This document shows, in pieces, positions 19,401 through 26,190 of a DNA stretch of 32,000 bases; positions within the stretch are counted from its first letter, which is position 1; each line of letters starts with the position of its first letter. The notes below the pieces were generated by a model. It worked only from the letters and a program-made list of their open reading frames with translations. It was not told the origin of the DNA and searched no databases. The stretch lies in contig NC_007614.1 of assembly GCF_000196355.1 (NCBI RefSeq), forward strand, positions 2,940,001-2,972,000, given 5' to 3'. The translations under genes were made by a program, and so were the position numbers. The DNA comes from Nitrosospira multiformis ATCC 25196. Its GTDB lineage: Bacteria; Pseudomonadota; Gammaproteobacteria; Burkholderiales; Nitrosomonadaceae.

Positions 19401-20717
19401 CTGAAAAAGCAAACTTGGGTTATCCAGCGCGAAAAAATCCACTTTGCCTGCTGGCGCGTTGATCACAGCCCCCCTTTCCATGCGCACGTCCTGTCCCAGC
19501 ACTCTCACCTGAGAGGGCAGCACCAGCCCAGTGCCCGTCAATCCATCCAGCACACCCGTTCGATCGGATACATCCGGTAATACCTCCGTCAGGCTCCCGG
19601 CGCCGAGGGTTACCCGGCCGCCACGCATCGAACTGTCCTGAGCCGTGGCGGAATCTTTCGCCAGCAGATATACGGAGCCATTGGCGATCACCGAGGTGGT
19701 GGCCCGGGCGATCCCTTCCTGATTGACGGCATAACCCACCATGGTGATATTGCCGCGCGGCGTGCTCAGCTCACCCAGATTGGTCACATGGCCGAGCTTG
19801 TCCAGTGCCGTATCCTTCAGCGCAACTGCCTGGCCATCGAGCTTGCCGTCTCTGATGTTCGTGTGGGGAGTCTCGAAATCACTCAATCCCGCCGGACTGT
19901 CGACTTCGACCAGAAGCCCGCGCACATTGGCATCCACTGGCTCGGCCGAGGCGGAACGCAAGAACACCTTGGTGCCCGCAGCTGCGATCACTTGTCCATC
20001 GGGCGCTTCCACGGTACCTTTATTGATCACTGTCGGCGCGATCAACATGACCCGCCCCTGACTGCCAGCCGTGATCCGCGCACCCTCGAAAACCTTGATG
20101 AACCCCCCTGAACCTTCGAATTGTGGAACCGTCTTCTCGGTAGTGAGAAAAGCATTGAGAATGAAGTTGTCGTGGATATCCAAACTGCTGGCGGTAAAGC
20201 TGTTGAGATTTACTTGAGAGGAACCCATGAAGGCAATACCATTGGTATTGACCAGAATGACATTTGCATTCTGTCCGACGGCCTGGCTCAGGATGCCTGC
20301 AATCACGCTCGGATCGTTGTCCCAGACGCGGTTCAGTGTCGTGAAATTCGCGCCCTGCACCAGGTTCTGTGTAGCAAGGCTTTCCACCTGCTGGAACTGA
20401 ACTGAATGACCAGGACTGACATTGAAGCTTTCCCAATTGAGGATGGCTTTATCGCCCACCTGGTTGACCACCGCATCGGGGCCATGAACGTGATAATTCG
20501 CCTGGCCGGCGGTGACGAAATCAGGAACGGTCCCGCCACAGCTTCCTCCTGCGCAGGGCACGGGCAGTTCCGCGTGTGCGGCTGTCGCCAGCAGCCCGGT
20601 CATGAGCAGAACTGTACCGCTTTTAGCCTTGCCACTCTGGCACGGTGTGGTTTCCGCAACGGGAATCAACATGCCCAGAGCCTTGTTGAAAATAAGCCGG
20701 TAGATATTCCGATTCAT
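10488..20717 (-). CDS. filamentous haemagglutinin family exoprotein (TpsA) with TPS domain and DUF3739-like C-terminus
   Basis: Single 3409-aa ORF. Extended signal peptide (MNRNIYRLIFNKALGMLIPVAE...LLMTGLLATAAHA), TPS secretion domain (NVILVNTNGIAFMGSSQVNLNSFTASSLDI), a very long repetitive beta-helix-like body, and a C-terminal GNTPEVLVNTGNDVLGMLTVAKGNVRGFARDHILVNQSRILTVGGGDVLLWSSEGDIDAGKGKKT block typical of the DUF3739 haemagglutinin family. Confidence 0.95.
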   Translation of the reverse strand: MNRNIYRLIFNKALGMLIPVAETTPCQSGKAKSGTVLLMTGLLATAAHAELPVPCAGGSCGGTVPDFVTAGQANYHVHGPDAVVNQVGDKAILNWESFNVSPGHSVQFQQVESLATQNLVQGANFTTLNRVWDNDPSVIAGILSQAVGQNANVILVNTNGIAFMGSSQVNLNSFTASSLDIHDNFILNAFLTTEKTVPQFEGSGGFIKVFEGARITAGSQGRVMLIAPTVINKGTVEAPDGQVIAAAGTKVFLRSASAEPVDANVRGLLVEVDSPAGLSDFETPHTNIRDGKLDGQAVALKDTALDKLGHVTNLGELSTPRGNITMVGYAVNQEGIARATTSVIANGSVYLLAKDSATAQDSSMRGGRVTLGAGSLTEVLPDVSDRTGVLDGLTGTGLVLPSQVRVLGQDVRMERGAVINAPAGKVDFFALDNPSLLFQPGDPFRQAFDAPASNTARIHIDNGALINVAGLENVKVSTARNAVEVELRGDELKDSPVNRDGPLRSQKVYVDINRALANADSGAPTLIAKDSLQAYQARLERTVAERSTEGGVVRVNSQGEAIIAPGAVIDISGGSLSYTPSSVKTTLLMSRGVLTDIANARADVRYDGIATRYVQDFGRWNVKEVIDLGQTFNYDPGYTEGKDAGALEVMGLRAVVMQGAVQGRTVVGEVQRDKGIMPEGARLTLGSNPVANNINGLDYKHNQQIELSSEGPLLPGSFKFGDTLSSDLVNKLRLNPALLGRDKVANLEIFSNQAAEVREALRVPQGGSVHITGQGVKVEADIAAPAGSIMLHANRNDLPGRSSGPLNLVVTEGVTLSARGAWVNELRGVPAGSDEVGLVNGGRIALSAIDDLALGKNTLLDVTGGGRLKVDSRGSVIAGNGGDISLSGNAVSGLADNVRGYGVGKGGTFSVASNRIQIGGMPDGTAGTVNLDPGFFERGGFGDINLTGNESVALSEGVKIKPAVLSLELQPDYSLRPSGSRMEDFTRPVKLDDLVREPVSLSLTAENPDERGAADVAIGVGAHIEADPGAKITLAAARSMNIQGRITAPGGSITATLDHSHSFNFNASNSLWLGKQALLDVSGKALTYLDSQRLTQGEVLNGGSVTLNAQFGHIVAEPGSHINLAGAAPVHLDIQNQAGGLGQWVGSDAGRLSVIAREGMLLEGSITAQPGGASNRAGALDVVLGLLDVDDAQNKGFPLGERVLSLGPTGTSQTAGLAPGSIIPAGLNGKATIGAVALEAAGFDRIALKSRDAIRLEDDLSLGANRLLPLKEMVLDTPRIEMAGGEAALKAEALRLGNFDANRVDVANTPIAGTGGFKAEAQLLELAGNLTLSGMSRAEFTGAQEIRFSGISSGGSPRPAGTLSSAADLAFSGAVIAPSTYSQISILAPDRTVAFGSNATHPIQPLSALGSLTVTAANIVQGGNIWAPFGQLTFSATDTLTFKDGSLTSVAAGSGTLTPFGVLANGRSWLYKPEAFEIPQLALPEKSVRVQAANIDMRAGAVVDLAGGGALQAYEFSVGPGGSRDILGDDGIYAILPGYTSGFAPGDRQENTGFDRGMGDAVYLSGVSGLPAGVYTLLPAHYALLPGAYAIRLDTGVHNLLPGQAYSKQDGTQVVPGYVTDSRARDWAGTPRDAVWSGFEILSREQVMQRSEITLTRASDFFTTSNSRPQDAGLLSMNTTGNLKLDAVFKLAAGTGGRGAAVDISAPRIAITSDTSSGPGGVDPLATRISASALNALGASSLLIGGTRSRGDTASDGTTLLVGAEEVTLANDVNHALKGDEVILAAKDSLILKSGSVIETQGGEAASGDGGYNTAGNGALVRSASTFAPFSRSGGPDRSQGTLIGEAGSVIRSGNSITLDATRQNTFAGTPVFADRQNNPIAGNLTIGAARVNFGNAPSGSEGLTLSQSELDGLNNLNSLTLTSYSTFDLYGDVSVGGVNAEGKPTQQALNLLGAGLAGLNNSGKTATLRATNILIANPAAAAFTMGGTSGNGSLAIQANTLILGEGAKSVEGFSQVAIRANEMVGRGSGRADIAAVDTRLDVARIRGEQGASQTLAAAGKLDAFRKEADRALADENTLGAKWMLSGTEVMFDTEADLPSGQLKLAATTGNLELGANAVANAAGRLVAFFDVERASPGGVVELASEEGNVVVQPGAQVNVSAASGGDAGKVIVRAGNGTAAIAAGSLQGSAMADTSGKRGNGAGFDLDVAALADFSTLNTALNQGVFDGARTFRVRTGDVSLSASDTVRAREVQIAVDDGKLDLAGHIDVSGNDAGRINLYARNDVNVLAGTKLDAYSTGNGKNGGEVGIGTAEGGLNLAEGSMIDVHGHNSGHGGEGGRILLRAPRLGSGAGNEVAVDNINSSINGAKSVVIEAVKIYDGIDALTASDESGESGGSGPTLSLATVNADNTSFASHAGTIMARLGKTGESSFHLRPGVEIRSTGDLTLANDWNLGTSRAEGEPGMLTLRAGGDLKLNSNLSDGFNAATPFSSGTTPATLLVGDSWSYRLVGGADTGAADPMAVKAEGGDVTLAAGKLVRTGTGDICIAAGGDIKLADGKSVIYTSGRTADPADDFVTPANAQFSQDGGNVSLVALGNIVGTPSAQLYSNWLFRQGRLNDSTGAYTLQPAWWVRFDQFQQGVGALGGGNVTLTAGGNIENVSASAPTQARMTAMSPDAAKLFKTGGGDVQVEAGANLLGGQYYADRGALELKADGKVDSGQNVNGSPLYTIVAVGDAQARVQAREDVNIQTVLNPHLVVQSSGNSTAFNIRNVTSPTWSLFSTYSPRSGASLQSLYGNVALQNGGGAGANIQSAYRAPLNFNISSGSYKPALLSLLPPSLSITAFRSNIALGAVDDFVLSPAADGQLTLLAANSISIPTVVSMSDRDPALIPGAIRPGRESSQFPNTAVSAADLDLVHAAVPVHTGDTQPARVYAVAGDVKGNPFELSLDLSKAFWLRAGQDVRDVGILAQHANPSDVSRVTAGRDIAFTAGNDRAGLAKIWVGGLGRLEVAAGRNIDLATSAGIVSRGDLDNAELPAGGVDIDVAAGVGAKGIDYTGTIDRLIADLEKTDGSPDDILLWQARWLVGNNELDGAGALQAVRDVRALDADTQRILVREMVYSALRTTGRDFNNPNSAYAGNYERGYAALERVFPGVREKNEDGSFKNYQGEINLFASRIKTERGGNIEFMVPGGGVVVGLGNTPEVLVNTGNDVLGMLTVAKGNVRGFARDHILVNQSRILTVGGGDVLLWSSEGDIDAGKGKKTATAVPPPVIKVDAQGNVTQELQGAASGSGIGALSSGGVKAGDIDLIAPRGTVNAGDAGIRANNLNIAAQVVLGADNIAVAGTSTGTPVADASAVTATTSGATQQGDDVSKATAAVSQNLSEAARTSDEMRKLKPTFISTEVIGHGE

Positions 20718-20851
20718 CTTTCCAATTCCTCGAGGAGACAGGAGGGAGCACTCATACTGCCGAGCATGGCGGCAATAGGTTATTCCTCAACCTTGCTTCA
20801 GAAAAATCATTCGCTATACGGTTATGCGGATCGTTACGACAGCAGGCATGA

Positions 20852-22507
20852 TCACCACGCGTGCCGAAAAAGAAAGTGCACGCGCTTGTCTCCCGCCTTT
20901 GTTCTTCCAACTTCTTCGAGTGCCACGGCCCAGGCCACGTCGGCCGAGAAGCCCTTCCAACCCTTGAGACGAAAACCCATCCCGGTACCTGCAAGATCAA
21001 AGCGGTCTTTCTGCCCGGGCAAGGGCTGCTGCACTCGCACGATTCCTGCATCAATAAAGGCCAGAAGACGGAATTCGTCCAGTCCCTGGAGCAGGTATGT
21101 GGCGTAATTGGGCGTAAAGACCTCGAGCCCTCCCGTAACGCTGTCGTCGCCCAGGGCAGCGACTTCCAGATAGCCGCGCACGGTATTGACGCCGCCCACG
21201 ATCGACTGCTCATTCGCGATAAGCGGCTGTGCTGCAATCTGCCAACTGCCCCGGCCGGCCACGCCCCAACCCTGGCTCCATGTTTCGGTATGTGAAAGAT
21301 TGCCGCGCAGATAGAGGTAATTAGCGCTGCCTTTAAAGCGCTTATTCGCGAATTCCTCTTCATCCCCAACCAGTCCGCGCACGTGGAAATTCACCGACAA
21401 TCCCAGCTTGGTCGTTCTTCCTTCTCCCAGCCAGCTTCCATCCCAGCCTACAGTGAAAGGAAGGTAGGAGATTGGCGTATTGAAATTGCCGCCATCGATG
21501 AGGTTTACCGTTTGGGTAAAATCCTTGTAATCCAGTCCCAGCGTTGCTGTGTGGAAGAATTTTTCGCTTCCGGGCAGCGGCAGAATGTAGCGCCCTCCCA
21601 CGATCAGGCCATTGCCGAGCACATTGAGCGTGCCCAGTGAAGCCACGTTCGAAGCGGAATAGACGCTATATAAGGCGAGAAAACCGCCGAACGGTACCGG
21701 CAGAGTGTAATTGGCGGAAATGACCTTGCTCTCATCCGGGTTTTCGGGGGCAACCAATCCTGTCACGCCCAGGCTGTGCTGGCGGTGCCACAGATTGTCC
21801 CAGCTCAGGTTCGCGCTCAGCCGGGTCAAGGTCGTATTGGGAATCTGACGGCTGTTCAGCTCCACGCTTCCATGAAGGGGCAACTGATCCTTCACTTTCA
21901 GATCCACCTCGACCGTGCCGGGTGTCTTTCCTGCCCTTAAAACCGGGGTAATCCTGCGATCGGCTGAACGGTTCAGGCTTTCCAGCTGCTTCTGCATTTC
22001 GGGAAAGTTAGGCACTTTGCCTTCTGCCAGTTCCGGTATTGCCGCCTTGATATCCGCCGGACTGAAATAGCGGGATTCCACCACGCGCAGACGCTTTACC
22101 GGGGCTTCGGTCACCTGCAGCCTGACCACCGCCTCATCGACTTTCTGCTGAGGAATGCTCACGAGTACGGTCAGATAGCCCGCCTCATGATAGGCGCGCT
22201 CAAGTGCATCGCGTGCCCGCTCCACGTCCTCCAGGCTCTTGCTTTCACCGAGATGGGGATAAACCGCCTGCTCCACCACTGTGACGGGCAGCAATGTGGC
22301 ACCTTCCAGCCGATATTCGAATACATCGAAACGGGCTTCCTGCGCGTGAGACAAGTGGATCCAGCCCGCGAGGCCAAGCAGTCCTCCCACCCGCAGCATC
22401 TTATTTAGTAGTTGCAACATCAAACCAAGCCGAACCAGTTCCTGTACGTGCGAATGGGACAGCACCGAAGGAGCTGTCCCGAGCAGCATATATGGACGGC
22501 ATTGCAC
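20852..22507 (-). CDS. ShlB/FhaC/HecB family two-partner-secretion transporter (TpsB)
   Basis: Up to 551 aa: POTRA region (FDVFEYRLEGATLLPVTVVEQAVYPHLG...DVERARDALERAYHEAGYLTVLVSIPQQKVDEAVVRLQVTE) and a C-terminal beta-barrel (NEQSIVGGVNTVRGYLE...). The track start is GTG; an internal ATG at 22420 (MLQLLNKMLRVGG) is an alternative start that leaves 22421-22525 untranslated. Confidence 0.95.
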   Translation of the reverse strand: MQCRPYMLLGTAPSVLSHSHVQELVRLGLMLQLLNKMLRVGGLLGLAGWIHLSHAQEARFDVFEYRLEGATLLPVTVVEQAVYPHLGESKSLEDVERARDALERAYHEAGYLTVLVSIPQQKVDEAVVRLQVTEAPVKRLRVVESRYFSPADIKAAIPELAEGKVPNFPEMQKQLESLNRSADRRITPVLRAGKTPGTVEVDLKVKDQLPLHGSVELNSRQIPNTTLTRLSANLSWDNLWHRQHSLGVTGLVAPENPDESKVISANYTLPVPFGGFLALYSVYSASNVASLGTLNVLGNGLIVGGRYILPLPGSEKFFHTATLGLDYKDFTQTVNLIDGGNFNTPISYLPFTVGWDGSWLGEGRTTKLGLSVNFHVRGLVGDEEEFANKRFKGSANYLYLRGNLSHTETWSQGWGVAGRGSWQIAAQPLIANEQSIVGGVNTVRGYLEVAALGDDSVTGGLEVFTPNYATYLLQGLDEFRLLAFIDAGIVRVQQPLPGQKDRFDLAGTGMGFRLKGWKGFSADVAWAVALEEVGRTKAGDKRVHFLFRHAW

Positions 22508-22526
22508 CGTCCGTTAGCGCAATGCC
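22456..22526 (-). promoter_or_regulatory. cluster of RNA hairpins between the PBP-like gene and tpsB (possible attenuator, processing or leader element)
   Basis: Three perfect stems read on the minus strand: GGCATTGC(22526-22519)/GCAATGCC(22505-22498); GGACGG(22512-22507)/CCGTCC(22499-22494); GGGACAGC(22480-22473)/GCTGTCCC(22463-22456). The first two share 22498-22499 and cannot form together. Confidence 0.45.
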
Positions 22527-24022
22527 TACTGGACCGCAGGCTGGCAGGAATTGCCGAGACGTGCGCCTTTCGAGGTAGGGCCGCTGGAACCGGCCACTGG
22601 CGTGGCGAAGATACCCTTCAGGTCGCTTTCACCCAGGGTGGCAGCAACCGCGGTGATCAAGGCTGCAGCACTTGAGCTGGCGGGACTGATGGAGCCACCG
22701 GCAGTGAATGCCGCCAGCTCGTACCAGAAGTTATAGGAACCCTCCATCGCCTCGGCACGCTGCTGGGCATCGGTATTGGGAGACACACGATCCAGCTTGA
22801 CGAATGCCCACCGGTCGGTCGTGGCGGTCGGTGCTGGCGTGTTTTCCATGGATACCACGCCCAGGGCGAACTGGCTCGCGCCGGTGGCGGTATTCAAGGC
22901 GCTCTTCACGCCCCCGGTGCTGGACTGCTCGCTCACAATGGCGGTTGCCGTGCTGTCGGTGGCGCGTGCGGGCTCCAGCGCGCCTTGCGATAGCCCGGTT
23001 GAACAGGGCTTGCTGAGGAAGCGCATGTTGGAGGCAGACTGGGTGCCGGAGGTGGGCACGCGGCGCACCAGGTTGACGATCGACCCGGCCGGACCGCCGA
23101 ACAGGCTGCCATCCACACCACCCACAGAATCCCTGTTTGCAATTGCGGTGTAACGTTGTGCCGGCAAGCTGGGCTGGCAGGCAGGCGTGAGATTGGGGGC
23201 GGTGGGCGAACCGTCATCGCAGGTCGCGGCCAGGATGCCGGCGGCAACGTCGTTCTTCTGCAACTGGAGATAGAGCGGGTAGCTCACGGCTACGCCAAAG
23301 GCTTGGCCGACATTGGTCGCCACTTCCTCGCCAAGGGAGCTCAGGTTCAATGCAATATCCAGATTCTGCTTGTTGATCAGGTATTCCGTATCCGAAAAAC
23401 CGCCATCGGGATAGCTTTGGCCCGGACGTCCGGCAGCATCGCCCTTCAGCGAAGCGGTAAAGGTCTTGGTAACGGTATCGCTGCAGTTGTTGTAGCGGGC
23501 AATGGGGTAGGACACACCATTCAGGGTGACATTGGTCGACCCAGCCGCGCCTGCCGCGCACTTACCTCCGCCGCCGAGCAAAGCGACGTCATTGATGCGC
23601 TTGAGGTTGCCGGGCAGATACCCGTTGGGATTCGGCTCACCCGCCATGCTGAGATGAGGCGCGTAGGCGTTGAAAGAGCCACCCTCAACCGTGTGATAGA
23701 CCACTACTTTCTTGCCAGCCAGTGCACCGGCGGCGGAGCTCATGGTGCAGGCATAGGCGACCCGGTCACCGCTGCTCTTGCCGGGTTCGGTACCGCTGCT
23801 TTCCAGGTACATATGGGCGTCATTGGCGCCGCCATTCCCCGCTAGGCCGTTGCACAGCGACATGACGCTGCGAAATACGGCGTTGGTGGGTGCGGATGCA
23901 CCTGATAGCCAGACGTAGGTGGTGGGGCCGGCAGCGACCTGAGCGGGGGTCAGGGCGAAAGCCGCCGGGGCCGTGCCGAGTGCCGCTATAGCCAGTGCAA
24001 TTTTGCTCAGCTTCATTTTCAT
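22526..24022 (-). CDS. secreted protein, possibly periplasmic-binding-protein (PstS)-like
   Basis: 498 aa; signal peptide MKMKLSKIALAIAALGTAPAAFA; mature LTPAQVAAGPTTYVWLSGASAPTNAVFRSVMSLC... and a C-terminal EGSYNFWYELAAF block similar in style to PstS-like substrate-binding proteins. CDS strongly supported, family assignment tentative. Confidence 0.85.
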   Translation of the reverse strand: MKMKLSKIALAIAALGTAPAAFALTPAQVAAGPTTYVWLSGASAPTNAVFRSVMSLCNGLAGNGGANDAHMYLESSGTEPGKSSGDRVAYACTMSSAAGALAGKKVVVYHTVEGGSFNAYAPHLSMAGEPNPNGYLPGNLKRINDVALLGGGGKCAAGAAGSTNVTLNGVSYPIARYNNCSDTVTKTFTASLKGDAAGRPGQSYPDGGFSDTEYLINKQNLDIALNLSSLGEEVATNVGQAFGVAVSYPLYLQLQKNDVAAGILAATCDDGSPTAPNLTPACQPSLPAQRYTAIANRDSVGGVDGSLFGGPAGSIVNLVRRVPTSGTQSASNMRFLSKPCSTGLSQGALEPARATDSTATAIVSEQSSTGGVKSALNTATGASQFALGVVSMENTPAPTATTDRWAFVKLDRVSPNTDAQQRAEAMEGSYNFWYELAAFTAGGSISPASSSAAALITAVAATLGESDLKGIFATPVAGSSGPTSKGARLGNSCQPAVQ

Positions 24023-24072
24023 CTTTGTATCCTTTATTTTCAGATTGATATTTCAGGCTGAAGCCTGCCTTT

Positions 24073-24091
24073 CCCGGCCTCCCTGGCCGGG
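24073..24091 (-). other. stable hairpin between the PEP-CTERM gene and the PBP-like gene
   Basis: Perfect 7-bp stem CCCGGCC-TCCCT-GGCCGGG; a second smaller hairpin CAGGC-TGAA-GCCTG lies at 24054-24067. No T tract. Confidence 0.45.
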
Positions 24092-24113
24092 GGTAAGCAG
24101 CTCATTGCGGATC

Positions 24114-24998
24114 TCAGACGCCTGCGCGGCGGCGGACGATCATGCCCAGCATGCTCAGCCCCGCCAGCAGCATGGCCCAGGTATCCGCTTCGGGAATAGG
24201 AGAGACGGATGGGTTCGTGAAGGTAAGAACACCATTCTCGGTCAACTTGAATTTGCTGAACTCGCCTTCGCCAATGTTGCCATCGTGATTCAGATCGACT
24301 CCGAAAGGAGTCTTGGTGGCCTGGGCAAGGGCGGAAGTGGAAGACGTGGTGAGAAACCAGAAATTCTGTTCCGTACCCAACGGCTGGGTGGTATCGGCGG
24401 TCGTCTTCTGCAACCAGGTATCACCTTGGCCAAACCCGTTAATTGCGCCAAAGAAAGTATTCGAAGGGTCCGTCGGCATGGCAACGCTGGCGCCGTTATC
24501 ATCAGTCGCGTGCGTACCGCGGCTGTTGTTGGCTTCAATATACTTATCCATATTCACAAAGCCTTTGAGGTTGGTGTTCCCCAGCTTGGGATATGTGTCC
24601 ACATTTGCCGTCGTCAGGTAACGCGGGCCACCGGCATCATTCAGATCGGTGGTATCCAGCGCGATGACATTGAACCGGATAAGATGTGCGTTGGCAGGAC
24701 CGACGAAATTCATCAGCTGATTCCATGAAGCGCCATAGGCCCCACTCGTCAGGTCCCAGCTTTTGCTGAAGCCCGCCTGTCCGTTCGCAGCGACCATATC
24801 GTTCATTTTGAAGCCGAGATCGAACAGTCCAGAGATATCGTCATCACCGGAAGTGGCGGAACTGCCACCGTAATAACGCATATTGAGCAGAAGCTCACCG
24901 TTTCCACTCATCGCCCCATCCATGGCGGCAAGCGCCGGACCGGAAAGAGTCGCGATGGCAGCAACAGCGAATGCCTTGAGTCTGAAATTTATTTTCAT
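24114..24998 (-). CDS. PEP-CTERM sorting domain-containing protein
   Basis: Preferred start ATG 24996-24998 (MKINFRLKAFAVAAIATLSGPALA signal peptide) within ORF 24114..25034. C-terminal IPEADTWAMLLAGLSMLGMIVRRRAGV is a PEP motif, hydrophobic helix and Arg cluster. Confidence 0.92.
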   Translation of the reverse strand: MKINFRLKAFAVAAIATLSGPALAAMDGAMSGNGELLLNMRYYGGSSATSGDDDISGLFDLGFKMNDMVAANGQAGFSKSWDLTSGAYGASWNQLMNFVGPANAHLIRFNVIALDTTDLNDAGGPRYLTTANVDTYPKLGNTNLKGFVNMDKYIEANNSRGTHATDDNGASVAMPTDPSNTFFGAINGFGQGDTWLQKTTADTTQPLGTEQNFWFLTTSSTSALAQATKTPFGVDLNHDGNIGEGEFSKFKLTENGVLTFTNPSVSPIPEADTWAMLLAGLSMLGMIVRRRAGV

Positions 24999-25416
24999 GC
25001 GAGATACTCCGTAGGTAATTAATGGTTGCACCAAAAAAATCCGGCTGACTGATCCTTGAAGCCTGGCTTCATCTGATCAACCGTCCTGGAGCAACCCGGC
25101 TACCTCCGCTTGCTTGGAGACCCGCAGCTTTCCGTCCCCGCTTCGCAACGGGTTTGGCTTTGTTCCTGACCGGCTATAACGACTGTACCTGTTACCGGAC
25201 GTGGGTCACTATATGTGACAGCCGTGAACCGTCTGTGAAACACAATCGGTATTTTCGTGGTACTTTCTGCCTATTCTTTTGGTCTGCAGGGCGGAAATTC
25301 GCCCTTCGCGGCGCGTACGCTTTTCATGGGTACAAGGACGCCTCGTAGGAGTCACTGCGGATAGAGGGAAGAATCCAAGGCGCGGCCTCAGGGTCGAGGG
25401 GATCTGCCCCGGAAAC

Positions 25417-26190
25417 TCAAAGCGTGATCTTCAACGCCATCGCCTTGGCCACGGCGTGAGCCCGATTATTGACATCCAGCTTTTTCAGGATTTTCTGAAT
25501 GTGGTTTTTGACAGTAAGCGGACTGATGTAAAGTAACTGGGCTATTTCATGATTGCTCTTTCCCGCCTGAACATGGCGCAAAATTTCCGTCTCGCGGTCC
25601 GTGATGAGTTTTCTGCTTCTTTCCCCCACGGCACCCTGCTTATGATGGCGTTCATGAAACAGCATACGTACCAGCGCCATATGCATGTGCGGCATCAGCA
25701 GCTCGAGGAAATAAGCATGACGCTCGCTCAATGCGGCGGAAATCTGGGTAAAGGTAAAGAAGCAGGTGGTTCGGCCATTGGTGTCGAACATTCCGTGCGC
25801 CGCGATACGCTGGAGATTTTCACGCTTGAGGTCGTTAGAAAAACGCTTGTAGGTGGGCGTATGCGAATTATTTGGACAAACCAGAAGCGGCTGGTTTTTG
25901 CCCGCGCTCCATGCGGACATGGCGCGAAATACAATTCCCCCATCGGGACGGCAAAGTTCTGAAAACCGGATTTCGTCCATATCTGTGCGACTGAATCTTT
26001 CGATATTCACAGCCTGCCCATTGCCTTCATCGAACAGGCATATGAGCATGCCATGCGGCAGAAGGCCCTGCAGTTCCCCCTGCGCCCACAAGAAAAACTG
26101 ATGACGCCGAAATATATTGATTGATGAATCGATAATCCGGAACAGGTATTCCGCCTCCCGCTCCGTCAGCGTAAACTCTCCCCCCATCAT
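25417..26190 (-). CDS. LuxR-family transcriptional regulator, EpsA type (PEP-CTERM/exopolysaccharide-associated)
   Basis: 257 aa; C-terminal HTH ITDRETEILRHVQAGKSNHEIAQLLYISPLTVKNHIQKILKKLDVNNRAHAVAKAMAL; N-terminal LTEREAEYLFRIIDSSINIFRRHQFFLWAQGELQGLLPHGMLIC as in EpsA-type regulators. Confidence 0.88.
   Translation of the reverse strand: MMGGEFTLTEREAEYLFRIIDSSINIFRRHQFFLWAQGELQGLLPHGMLICLFDEGNGQAVNIERFSRTDMDEIRFSELCRPDGGIVFRAMSAWSAGKNQPLLVCPNNSHTPTYKRFSNDLKRENLQRIAAHGMFDTNGRTTCFFTFTQISAALSERHAYFLELLMPHMHMALVRMLFHERHHKQGAVGERSRKLITDRETEILRHVQAGKSNHEIAQLLYISPLTVKNHIQKILKKLDVNNRAHAVAKAMALKITL

Noticed and set aside
10488-20717. Contact-dependent inhibition (CdiA) or other polymorphic toxin system
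   Set aside because: No VENN-type pretoxin motif or variable toxin tip, and no small immunity ORF after the C-terminus; the C-terminus matches the DUF3739 adhesin type instead.
25279-25416. Possible cyclic-di-GMP or other riboswitch near the EPS/PEP-CTERM genes
   Set aside because: I could not match a riboswitch consensus on either strand; a covariance-model search (Infernal/Rfam) would be needed.
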